25,361 nt of DNA from a virus (Duplodnaviria > Caudoviricetes). The notes beneath the pieces were generated by a model. That model did not search any database. It was not told where the DNA came from and saw only the letters and a program-made list of their open reading frames with translations. Made by a program: the position numbers and the translations under genes. The stretch covers positions 1 through 25,361 of the IMG/VR virus record IMGVR_UViG_3300025084_000198, one strand, 5' to 3'. Positions 17,601 to 25,361 of this stretch are shown in pieces (within the stretch, counting starts at the first letter, position 1; every line of letters starts with the position of its first letter).

Positions 17601-19814
17601 TTCTGTAAATGTAAGATCTGCAGCACCTGATGCAATTGGGTTTGAAGATATAGTTAATTGTGTGCCACTATCAACACTAGATACAGTTATATTTGCTCCT
17701 AACTGCCCAGTTCCTGTAGCAGTTACAATATACCCAGCAGAAATACCAGCAGTACTAGAAAGTGTAATCTGTGATACAGTAGTGGTTAATGTTGCTGCTA
17801 ATGGTCCAACAGAGTTAGCAGTTAATTGAGTTGAACTACTAGTAGTAGTCGCTGTTGGAGTACCATCTCTTAATTTGATGGTTTGTGAAGTTGTAAATGT
17901 TCCTGTAGTAACTGAATTACTGGCAAATGTTAACTCTTGTAATCCAATCGCAGTAACTGGATACACAATTGGTTGAACTAAATCTGTACCCGATACACTT
18001 AAAATATCTCCATTAAAATAACCAACACCTCCATTACTAATGGTTACTGAGTCAATAGGTCCAACACTATCAACTGTGTATGTAAATGGCGTAGACGGAT
18101 TGCCATATGGAGGTGTGAATGTTAATACTACTGCTCCAGATGTTGCTGGATTATTATCGATAGTTACTACATTAGTATCGTAATCAATACCTTGTACTAA
18201 TGTAGTTCCTACACCAAGTGCTCCAGATCCAGAAGTAACTGTTATTACAGAACCAGGAATAATGTTTGTTACATCTGCAATAGTGAAACTAAGTTCTGGT
18301 ACTGTATTACCACTGTCTTCTCCTACAAGAGTAGCAGCAACACCAGTTTGCTCTGTTGCCAGTGTAAGAACATCATTTGCTAGGTAATCAGTGGCAGCTG
18401 CTGTAAATACAAAATTACTTACCTTTCCAGGATTAGTTGTAATTGTAAATTCTGCTCCAGCACCTGTACCACCAACATCTGCGGCGTTAACTGACAGTGT
18501 GTCATTAAGTAAATAATCTTGACCAGAGTCAGTAAATGTTACACTAGTAATTGAACCATTTGGTGTAACTCCATTAATTAGATATTCAGCACCAGTTCCA
18601 GCACCAACTGTGAATGGTGGAATTTCTAAAACATCAGTTGCTTTATAATCAGTTCCCTGAGAAACAAAAGTAAGTGCTGTTAGTGCTCCACCACTAATTA
18701 CAATATCTGCTACTGCACCACTTCCATACACCCCAGGAGTTCCTGTAGTGAAAGTGATATCAGCACCCATCTGAGCACCAGTGTGAGCAAGGCAGTTGTA
18801 CGATGCAGAAGTTAATGAATAACCATTCTCTACAATTACATCAACATATGCTCCTTGTGTACCAGAAGTACCTACATTAGTTAAAGTTAATCCTGCAGGA
18901 GGAGTTCCAACTTGACCAGCACCTTGTAAGAATAAATTGTGACCAGAGTTTGAAGCATCTGATACATCAAATCTATAAGTATTTGCTGCTTCAAGGGCAA
19001 GTGCTGGTTGTGTTACACTATCAATAACAAATGCATATGATCCAGGTCCGCCACTAACAGTGACTATGAATGTTTGTGTTGCTTGGTTTCTTAATCCTTG
19101 TGTGTAATTTCCATCTGTGTATCCAGAACCACCTGAAATGGTTCCTGAATATGCAATACCACCACTAACAATAATGTCAGCAGTTGCACTAGATCCACTT
19201 GAAGAAACATTTGTTACCGCAACTCCATTATATGTTCCATCTGTATAACCAGATCCACCAACAATATTAACTACAATATTATCTACTGTGAAATCAACAA
19301 AACTTCTAGTAGCAGTGTTTCCTCCAACAATAGGAAGACTGAAATATGTTCCTGGTGTGTAGTTTGTACCAGAAACTTCTGTTCCTGTAAAATCTCCAAC
19401 TGTAATATTTAAAGTTGCGCTAGTTCCTGTACCACCAATAACAGAAATTTCGTTGTATGTTCCAGGGTCATAGTTTTGCCCTGTAGTTGCGATAGCAATA
19501 CCACTATCATTAATTTCCGTTTTTCGGAAAACAAAATTTCTAAAACTTAAAAATCCACTATCAGATAACTCGTATAGTAGTTTTGATTGTGAAACATAAG
19601 CAATGACACCAGTTTGAGGTCTGTAGAGACCTAAAGTTTGGTCATTATCAAATGCTAGTGAAGGAGCATTGATAGATCCGTCACCAATTTTTAAATTACC
19701 TGTGGCAAGATCACTTCCACCAGAAGTAACATTGAACAAATTTGAACCAAGTTCATTAATTTTTAACCTTTGTTGTTCAAAGGTATCGGTTCTAGCTACT
19801 TGAATTGCTGGCAT
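14661..19814 (-). CDS. Large (1717 aa) virion structural / tail-associated protein with cupredoxin-like and repeat modules
   Basis: N-terminal MPAI.VA.TDTFEQQR.KIN motif typical of cyanophage fibre/baseplate proteins, many G..Y beta repeats, a duplicated G..RFNT...EGY....W.SLGGV.D.D..T.I.AE module, and two cupredoxin-like segments. Confidence 0.85.
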   Translation of the reverse strand: MPAIQVARTDTFEQQRLKINELGSNLFNVTSGGSDLATGNLKIGDGSINAPSLAFDNDQTLGLYRPQTGVIAYVSQSKLLYELSDSGFLSFRNFVFRKTEINDSGIAIATTGQNYDPGTYNEISVIGGTGTSATLNITVGDFTGTEVSGTNYTPGTYFSLPIVGGNTATRSFVDFTVDNIVVNIVGGSGYTDGTYNGVAVTNVSSSGSSATADIIVSGGIAYSGTISGGSGYTDGNYTQGLRNQATQTFIVTVSGGPGSYAFVIDSVTQPALALEAANTYRFDVSDASNSGHNLFLQGAGQVGTPPAGLTLTNVGTSGTQGAYVDVIVENGYSLTSASYNCLAHTGAQMGADITFTTGTPGVYGSGAVADIVISGGALTALTFVSQGTDYKATDVLEIPPFTVGAGTGAEYLINGVTPNGSITSVTFTDSGQDYLLNDTLSVNAADVGGTGAGAEFTITTNPGKVSNFVFTAAATDYLANDVLTLATEQTGVAATLVGEDSGNTVPELSFTIADVTNIIPGSVITVTSGSGALGVGTTLVQGIDYDTNVVTIDNNPATSGAVVLTFTPPYGNPSTPFTYTVDSVGPIDSVTISNGGVGYFNGDILSVSGTDLVQPIVYPVTAIGLQELTFASNSVTTGTFTTSQTIKLRDGTPTATTTSSSTQLTANSVGPLAATLTTTVSQITLSSTAGISAGYIVTATGTGQLGANITVSSVDSGTQLTISSNPIASGAADLTFTEDLTQTYTGLATITNSGSGNSETVTVSRDALGNVSNAFPDQVGFFYAIGETLTIAGNLVGGATPADDITLTIDSVTDITATQVREVNESAGFITSIVVDEGNYFDNGIFVISGSTSPQYTSLTASATGGRFGYLIDVGAGQVFNPDISLFVGNTYKFDVSDASMSGHSFRFSEFPGGIHGNGFIDNVSSTLVAGSTSVTVSDSTGIVPGMLVTLDSGSATLQADTKVASVVDATTITFDKAPTIGGSVVIDFRGYAFEEGVSESPGEISIKILSTTPTLYYYSNNSDPAYASASGSPGNEASIAIDPNNPKTFGSGFALDVIAVGSIDIIKADITNGQLTTNSVNAVTGQYTDITASSNVNASVVNTTNVNATVFGTGTGLTISGGAIAINGPDINIGSSMSVENSTGNITTSGVIKSTQEFNSNTKLTIVDATIATLGSEDLLLQPAANRVAKTLGDTAFVIPSGNTATRPASPIAQDGAIRFNTQTNQYEGYSASSSSWSSLGGVRDLDGNTYILAEASIGANDNTLYFYNDGVNTAKVTPSYLDFFSVKKIRSSNTLAPLYVEWSANTVVAEGDYLKHKQNVYEVAVGGAGTTASTGNQPTHTTGTSANGTTQLTWVASSIDSLTFEEITEVKIGPTDSTSLVVNQKLRFSENTISTDTDDLILQPNSGQKTVISSTSSLVLPVGDVNQKGAAVQGSVRFNTTDSQFEGYDGAQWGSLGGVKDSDQDTLIKAETAPGSDEDTLFFFNANTETVRLSVNGLEFTGIDTINVSAAGVPGAETLAINADTITLDNNATTIDNTDSNVSFIFTSKQFLDLGVSSGLNNDPVIRLDDQGDVFLNTGFGTGVYNGVKIFDGDLKEFELSDYKIVTGDITFTKGTVDQGAIILYDPSIAIGCKVTVAALNTTTGDKELVEYTVIDNGTDISFTDFGNVKTGAEQFSSTFDFNASNNIRLNLTADSGLTTGDNIIISTTVNIYKR

Positions 19815-20007
19815 TTTTTATTAACTCGTGCAGAAGGGACTTAATTTCAGATACTTCATCCTTCAATGTATTTATGTCGTCTAACGCGGAACTCAACTGT
19901 TTTGATTTCCTTCTACCTTCAATGGCAGAATTGTCATTAATAATGATGGCACCTGTGTTTTCGTCTCTTACAAGACCGTCATGTCCCTTAACTTTAATAT
20001 AACTCAT
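19792..20007 (-). CDS. Conserved small T4-like phage protein downstream of VrlC (71 aa)
   Basis: KVKGH..LVRD..TGAII ... DI..LK.EVSEIK.LL..L, a pattern recognisable after VrlC in cyanomyoviruses, with a C-terminal coiled coil. Overlaps the next gene by 23 nt. Confidence 0.85.
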   Translation of the reverse strand: MSYIKVKGHDGLVRDENTGAIIINDNSAIEGRRKSKQLSSALDDINTLKDEVSEIKSLLHELIKNASNSSS

Positions 20008-20016
20008 ACGCGGAAA

Positions 20017-23000
20017 TTAATAAGAAGCAACAGCTCTCATATCTTGAATTTTTGGAACATATGAGGGGTTGTCAGATTTCATAACAATTTTAATTCCAAA
20101 AGAAGAAAATTCTGGTAAATCTGCTATACTATATTCTAATTCTTGATAAGATTCTTGCTTCTCAACAACACTGGATATAGTATTTGTAGATGTTGCAATT
20201 GAGGGGAAGTCTGGAGATCCATTTTCATTAAAGAATTGATATTCAATAATATCGAAAGATTCTTGACTAGAAGATTCTTTATATCTGAATAAAACTTGAA
20301 TATCATCTACATCTTTAATGTTTGCTGTCAATTTAACATTAATAGATGTTCCAGGATTACCAATAGAAATTTCTTTCGTTACATATTTTGCAATAGAAGA
20401 ACTATTCGAGAAATTATTTTCTGGTGAATAATCAATACCATCCGTATAAGTTAATTCTTTAACTTCCCAATATGGTTTTTCATCCTCATCTTGTCCTGTG
20501 TATTGAATGATGTCTCCAACACGGAAAATGTCCTCTACACCAGAACCAGATCTTGCAACCTGTGGTTCTGTAAGTGATGCTTCTGAAATATTTTGAGTAA
20601 ATGTTGTTGAACCAAAAGGTTTCTTATCATTCTTAACTGTAATAATTTGATTTTTAATATCAAAGAATGTAACTTTACCTTCAATCTTGGCATCAAATGT
20701 ACTAGTTAAACCAACATTTCTAGCTTTGATGGATGCACCATTAGCAATAATTTTTGGACCAGCAGTTCCGCCAAATTGGATTTTAATTGGATCTGTAATA
20801 ATTGATGGAGTAATTGATTCTCCAGAAATTGCTAATGTATCTCCTTTAACAAAAGGATTTACAGTAGAAATTCTAGCAGTAATAACTGGACTACCGCTTA
20901 CAGTTTTTGTATTAACAACGATACCTTTTGCTTTAGAGTTAGATCCCTCGATAGAATCACCAATATCAATACTACCTCCCACTAAAGATCCTGTTGAAAA
21001 TTCATAAACTTCTTTAAGTTTAAGTACCTGGTCCCTTCTTCCGTATCTTGCTTCATCTCCATCACCTTTTTCAATTCTATTTGAAGAAGTAATTACAGAA
21101 GCAGAAGAAAGGTCAAATGCAGGTGATAAGTAAGAAACATCAGATTTAAAATCAATCTTATATTCTAGAGAATTATTTAAATTATTCATTACTTGGTTGA
21201 TACCAGATGCAATAATTTTTTGATTTGTAAAATACTGAATTTCATTCAGGAAAGTTTTTTCATAACCAGTTTGTGAATACGATGTATATACATTGGTGTT
21301 AGAATCAACAGGAATAATATTTGTTGTTTTTACTGTAGACTCAATAGTAGTTTTACTGAATGATAGATAATTTACTCTTGGGTATAATCTTTCAAACTTT
21401 CTATTGTGTGAAGCAAGAACTAAACTACCACCACCTTTGGTGCTAGAAGCAGCTGTTGTTTCATTTATAATATTATAAGTATCAACACCAGAGTTTTTAA
21501 TTTGGAATAGTGTTGTATTTAATTGAGTATTAGAAACTCCTCCAACACCGTCTGCTCCACTGAAGAAAACATAAGACTTTCCACTATCTTCAAAACCATG
21601 GTTTTTGTGGTAAATTTTTACATACTTATTGTTGAGTTTGAATAGTTCCGCTGTTGCATTTTGATCAGAAACTCCACTTGTTTCTATTGGATTTAATTGA
21701 AGTTTTTCTAATGCTAATGATTTATTTGATACTTTTAGACTTGCAAATTTAGTAGTATCAAATTCTGCACGATATAAATTGAACTTAAGATCTTCAAATA
21801 GATCTTCTGTCCAGTTATCAGTGTTCTGTGCTTTATAGACAGAACCCAAAAGCGGTTGAGTTGTAACAGGAGAACTGGTAACGATTTCGGTTTCACCAAG
21901 TCTTGATGCCCAGAGTTTATACTCAGTGGAATCTGTCTCAACAACTAATGCATAACTTACATCATTTTGTAGATATACTGGATTCTTAAATTTAAATTTA
22001 GTTGGAGTTGTTGAATTAGTTACTTCACCAGTATCAACAGCAATACCCATCTTAACTGCAGGATTATCAATTGTAATATTTGCAGTAATTACAGCACCTG
22101 ATGCTGCTTGTCCAACTCCCTTAACAACAATTGCAGGAGGAGCAGTATATCCAGAACCTCCTAGTGCTACATCAGCATTATAAATTCTACCTCCAGAGAT
22201 CTTAACAGATCCACTTGCTTGACTTCCTCCAGAAAGTTGAGGACTCTCGAATGTTAAGAAGGCGGATTCATAACCACCACCAGTACTAGTAACATTTAAA
22301 CTAGAAACAGTTCCTGAATCTTTAGCAACAGTTAAAGAAAGTTGTGTATTGGATGTGTTATTAAACAGAGTTACCGATTCAATAATCAATGTTTCATTTT
22401 GTCTAAATTCTCTACCATTATGATTAGATAAAACTAATGTGTAAACCTGATCGTTAGACAGAATCACTTTGCCATTTGCAGAAGAAGATACCTCAATATT
22501 AGTAGAATCTAATACTTTCAGTAAAGGTCCACTACATGCAGATGTTGCACCTACAATAGATTCTCCAATAGTAAGTGTTGTAGTTCCGTTTGCAAATACA
22601 CGAATTTTTGTTTCTGGGTTGATAGTTGCTGCAGCACCTGGAAGAATATGCTTGGCAGGTTTTTCTGCTTCTGTATTTGTGATGTATGCTCTAATTGGAA
22701 TATTATCACTCTTCGCATTGAAATATAAATCAACACTGGTTACAAATAATCCACCATCAAATGAATCAATACTAAATGTTTGTGCAAGAGGATTTGGTTT
22801 GAATTCTACATCAGTAACACTATCAATTTTTTGCACACCTTCATTTGCCTTAAAGAATGCAGGTGATGTGGATGTGATGCTCGATGGATTTTGTGGTAGT
22901 TTTCCAGTAGCATAGAATTTAAAATCTGTATATGTATCTACTGTATCTTTAGCAGCATTCGATGAACTTGATGTAAATCTAATTGTCTTAATACCAGTTG

Positions 23001-25361
23001 GAACTCTTACAATTGGTTTTGTAAAGTCATACGCAACCGTCTTCACATCATTTGTCCATGCTGCATTTTCTGTTGGTGGATAACCAGCAGGAATTAATAT
23101 TAAACCACTAGCATTTCCATTTTCATCAGTTGTAATAGGAGAATTGAAACCAATTAAAGAGTTGCCAGCAATTCCACTATATCTAGAGTCTGCATTGACC
23201 CATCTAGAAATATCAATACCATCTAAGAAAGGATACACTCTAGTGAATGGTTTCAGTCTATTAACAATAAACTTGACTGGTGTTGATCTTGCATAAAATT
23301 TCAGTGAAGTTGCAACAGAACTTTTCTCATCAGAGTCACTAGTGAGTCCTTTGCCAATTTCATTATTATCAGGACTTACATTAGAACTGCTAGCAGTTGC
23401 TGCTACAGTAACTTGTGCTCCAGATTGTTCTGTGTTTGTAGTTCCAAGTGAAGTAATGCTTCCAAATGTACCAGATGTACCAACCCAGTTAATTGCAAAA
23501 GAATTAAAAATACTAGAGAATGTCTCTGTCGTGTCATCTTTAGCAATAAAGATTGAATACAAACCAGTGTTGTTATCAACAATAAGTGGTTCTACAGTCT
23601 GGTCATACCATGAATCAATTTCAGGAGATAGTGATCCATCACCAACATATTGTAGAGCTACAAATGGATTAGGATTGATTGTCTTAGTTGCAAAACTATT
23701 TCCAAGAACTTTTAGTTCTGAATATGGTAGTGTTACAATATCACCAGTTCTCACATAACCATCAACAAATCTTTGATCATCTGTGTTATTAATTTCTTCT
23801 AACCCAAAAGAATCTTCCTTATTGGGTGCTCTCATTACAGACTGTTGGGTGTCAATAGAACACTTATAGTCATCAGAAGAAATCTGACCGATACGATGAG
23901 TTTCAAAATTGTCTACAACAAAACCAGTCTTGAATCTGTCTAAACCAATGGAATCTTTAATCTGCATGTTTAGAGCTTGCTGCTCTAATATACTGAGTGT
24001 GGTATAGTATTCAAGACGCTCAATACGCTTCTCTAATTTACCGATGTCACGCATTGTGTAACGACGGTTATCAACAGGAGTAATTCTTACATCTTTACTA
24101 CTGGTGGTAAATGCTGGAATATAATAGTAATATAGTGGGATTGCATCATCAATAAGTTCTGGTTTGGTTGGGTTCTGTGAAGAATTACCTTCTTTGAGAA
24201 CAAACTCACCTTTTTTGTTTAAGTAAACACCATCAATTCTATTCAAGAATTCTGTTTGAGTAAACTTAAATGTGAATTCAATATTTTTATCTGGAGCAGG
24301 TATAACAGAAGCAACACCACCACTACCAATAAAACTTCTAGTGATAACTTCTCTGGATGATTGATCTTGGAAACCAGTGATAATTGATGTAGAATCAACT
24401 TTGGGTCTAAAGTCGAATACATTCTTTAAAGATACAATTCCATAAACGGCAGAATTAAAGGATGGAATTTCATCTAATGTTACACCTGCCTCATGAAGGT
24501 AACTATCAACTGTACAGAAATCTCCTTGTGAATGCTCAAAGTAATCGAAGGCAACCACTAGTTGTCCAACAGGAGCATCAAATCCTGGTCTTAAGATAAT
24601 TCTAGAAACATCATAATAAGTATCTCTCTGACCATTATCAAATGTAAATCTTTCAGTTACATCAATACCAGTAACTAAATTACCAGCAGTATCGATAACA
24701 GGAGGGGCAGAAGATGTTCCTTCAAAAACATACTTAAGTTTGTAGATATCAGAATATGTTGCTACTGAAGTATCCTCGGAATCAAAATCTTCTCCTCTTA
24801 TTGGAACAACTCTATCGCCAACAGATTTAATTAAGATTCTCTTATTTCTGACAGATGTTTTAATTCTAGGTCTTGCTTTACTTAATTCTAAAGTTGCACT
24901 TAACTTAAGTTTAGGGAATGGTTCGGCAGATGTTCCAAAAAATTCGTTTGGTAAAGAAACTTGTACGCTACCAGCATTCAATCCACTAGTAACATCAGTT
25001 GTGCTAGACTTAACAATATCATTTTCTGTCAGATAAATGACATCACCCTTAGAAACCTTAGTAGCAGTTCCTGCATCAAGAACTGTCATTACAAAATTTT
25101 CTTTTGAGAATTCAGCAAATCTTTGTGTACCAAATGGTAGTTGTGCAGTAAATGTAATGTTTCCACCACTTCCAGAAGATTCTGTAATGAAGTCTTTTCT
25201 GTAGAAGAAACTAATTTTAGAATCATCAGTACCTTGTGAGATTGAAGATACTTGACTACCACCTGTTGGATAAACTAAAGATCCTTTACTTCCATTTTCA
25301 ATAATGGCACCAATTTTAACAACAGAACCATTAGATACATCAGATGGCAATGCAGTGTCTA
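20017..25361 (-). CDS. vrlC: VrlC-like / DUF4815 giant virion structural protein (5' end outside the window)
   Basis: Motifs DNRRYTMRDIGKLEKRI..LEYYT.LS.LE, RFKTGF.VDNF, NPNPF, PLAQTF...G.FVTSVDLYF, QP.LGS..K.QN...WT....EDLKF...RA.F and C-terminal P.I.D.RA.A. The frame stays open to the window edge, so the TTG at 25350 is not the true start. Confidence 0.88.
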   Translation of the reverse strand, partial: DTALPSDVSNGSVVKIGAIIENGSKGSLVYPTGGSQVSSISQGTDDSKISFFYRKDFITESSGSGGNITFTAQLPFGTQRFAEFSKENFVMTVLDAGTATKVSKGDVIYLTENDIVKSSTTDVTSGLNAGSVQVSLPNEFFGTSAEPFPKLKLSATLELSKARPRIKTSVRNKRILIKSVGDRVVPIRGEDFDSEDTSVATYSDIYKLKYVFEGTSSAPPVIDTAGNLVTGIDVTERFTFDNGQRDTYYDVSRIILRPGFDAPVGQLVVAFDYFEHSQGDFCTVDSYLHEAGVTLDEIPSFNSAVYGIVSLKNVFDFRPKVDSTSIITGFQDQSSREVITRSFIGSGGVASVIPAPDKNIEFTFKFTQTEFLNRIDGVYLNKKGEFVLKEGNSSQNPTKPELIDDAIPLYYYYIPAFTTSSKDVRITPVDNRRYTMRDIGKLEKRIERLEYYTTLSILEQQALNMQIKDSIGLDRFKTGFVVDNFETHRIGQISSDDYKCSIDTQQSVMRAPNKEDSFGLEEINNTDDQRFVDGYVRTGDIVTLPYSELKVLGNSFATKTINPNPFVALQYVGDGSLSPEIDSWYDQTVEPLIVDNNTGLYSIFIAKDDTTETFSSIFNSFAINWVGTSGTFGSITSLGTTNTEQSGAQVTVAATASSSNVSPDNNEIGKGLTSDSDEKSSVATSLKFYARSTPVKFIVNRLKPFTRVYPFLDGIDISRWVNADSRYSGIAGNSLIGFNSPITTDENGNASGLILIPAGYPPTENAAWTNDVKTVAYDFTKPIVRVPTGIKTIRFTSSSSNAAKDTVDTYTDFKFYATGKLPQNPSSITSTSPAFFKANEGVQKIDSVTDVEFKPNPLAQTFSIDSFDGGLFVTSVDLYFNAKSDNIPIRAYITNTEAEKPAKHILPGAAATINPETKIRVFANGTTTLTIGESIVGATSACSGPLLKVLDSTNIEVSSSANGKVILSNDQVYTLVLSNHNGREFRQNETLIIESVTLFNNTSNTQLSLTVAKDSGTVSSLNVTSTGGGYESAFLTFESPQLSGGSQASGSVKISGGRIYNADVALGGSGYTAPPAIVVKGVGQAASGAVITANITIDNPAVKMGIAVDTGEVTNSTTPTKFKFKNPVYLQNDVSYALVVETDSTEYKLWASRLGETEIVTSSPVTTQPLLGSVYKAQNTDNWTEDLFEDLKFNLYRAEFDTTKFASLKVSNKSLALEKLQLNPIETSGVSDQNATAELFKLNNKYVKIYHKNHGFEDSGKSYVFFSGADGVGGVSNTQLNTTLFQIKNSGVDTYNIINETTAASSTKGGGSLVLASHNRKFERLYPRVNYLSFSKTTIESTVKTTNIIPVDSNTNVYTSYSQTGYEKTFLNEIQYFTNQKIIASGINQVMNNLNNSLEYKIDFKSDVSYLSPAFDLSSASVITSSNRIEKGDGDEARYGRRDQVLKLKEVYEFSTGSLVGGSIDIGDSIEGSNSKAKGIVVNTKTVSGSPVITARISTVNPFVKGDTLAISGESITPSIITDPIKIQFGGTAGPKIIANGASIKARNVGLTSTFDAKIEGKVTFFDIKNQIITVKNDKKPFGSTTFTQNISEASLTEPQVARSGSGVEDIFRVGDIIQYTGQDEDEKPYWEVKELTYTDGIDYSPENNFSNSSSIAKYVTKEISIGNPGTSINVKLTANIKDVDDIQVLFRYKESSSQESFDIIEYQFFNENGSPDFPSIATSTNTISSVVEKQESYQELEYSIADLPEFSSFGIKIVMKSDNPSYVPKIQDMRAVASY

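Noticed and set aside
3733-23758. Numerous 60-150 aa plus-strand and off-frame ORFs inside the giant genes
   Set aside because: They lie within long, motif-rich minus-strand CDSs. The codon bias of G/T/S/V-rich proteins keeps the antisense frame open by chance.
1-25361. Stop-codon reassignment or programmed frameshift
   Set aside because: TAA, TGA and TAG all terminate genes that tile the strand tightly under code 11, and no broken ORFs need readthrough.
20017-25361. VrlC as a bacterial virulence gene or pathogenicity island
   Set aside because: The name is historical (Dichelobacter vrl locus). In this context, upstream of fibre genes and gp13 with T4 late promoters, it is an ordinary myovirus structural protein.

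Overview
This is an AT-rich fragment of a T4-like cyanophage (myovirus; Synechococcus/Prochlorococcus-type) genome, with every real gene on the minus strand. In transcription order it holds: the 3' part of a VrlC/DUF4815-type giant structural protein; a 71-aa conserved small protein; a 1717-aa and a 166-aa virion structural protein; a 3468-aa tail-fibre-like protein; two probable receptor-binding tip proteins (LamG/ConA lectin and glycine-rich); two small paralogous repeat proteins, one with a Cys cluster; a TIGR02466-type 2OG-Fe(II) oxygenase; a short coiled-coil protein; and the start of neck protein gp13, which the ORF track missed. T4-type late promoter motifs (TATAAATA/TAAATA) occur at several gene junctions. 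The most notable observations are: (1) an apparently intact plastocyanin-like type-1 copper site inside the 1717-aa structural protein; (2) a multi-level nested domain architecture in the 3468-aa protein; (3) a tightly coupled late cassette of glycine-rich adhesin, repeat proteins and oxygenase; (4) a hairpin before gp13 with a late promoter in its loop. All family assignments come from motif recognition, not database searches.
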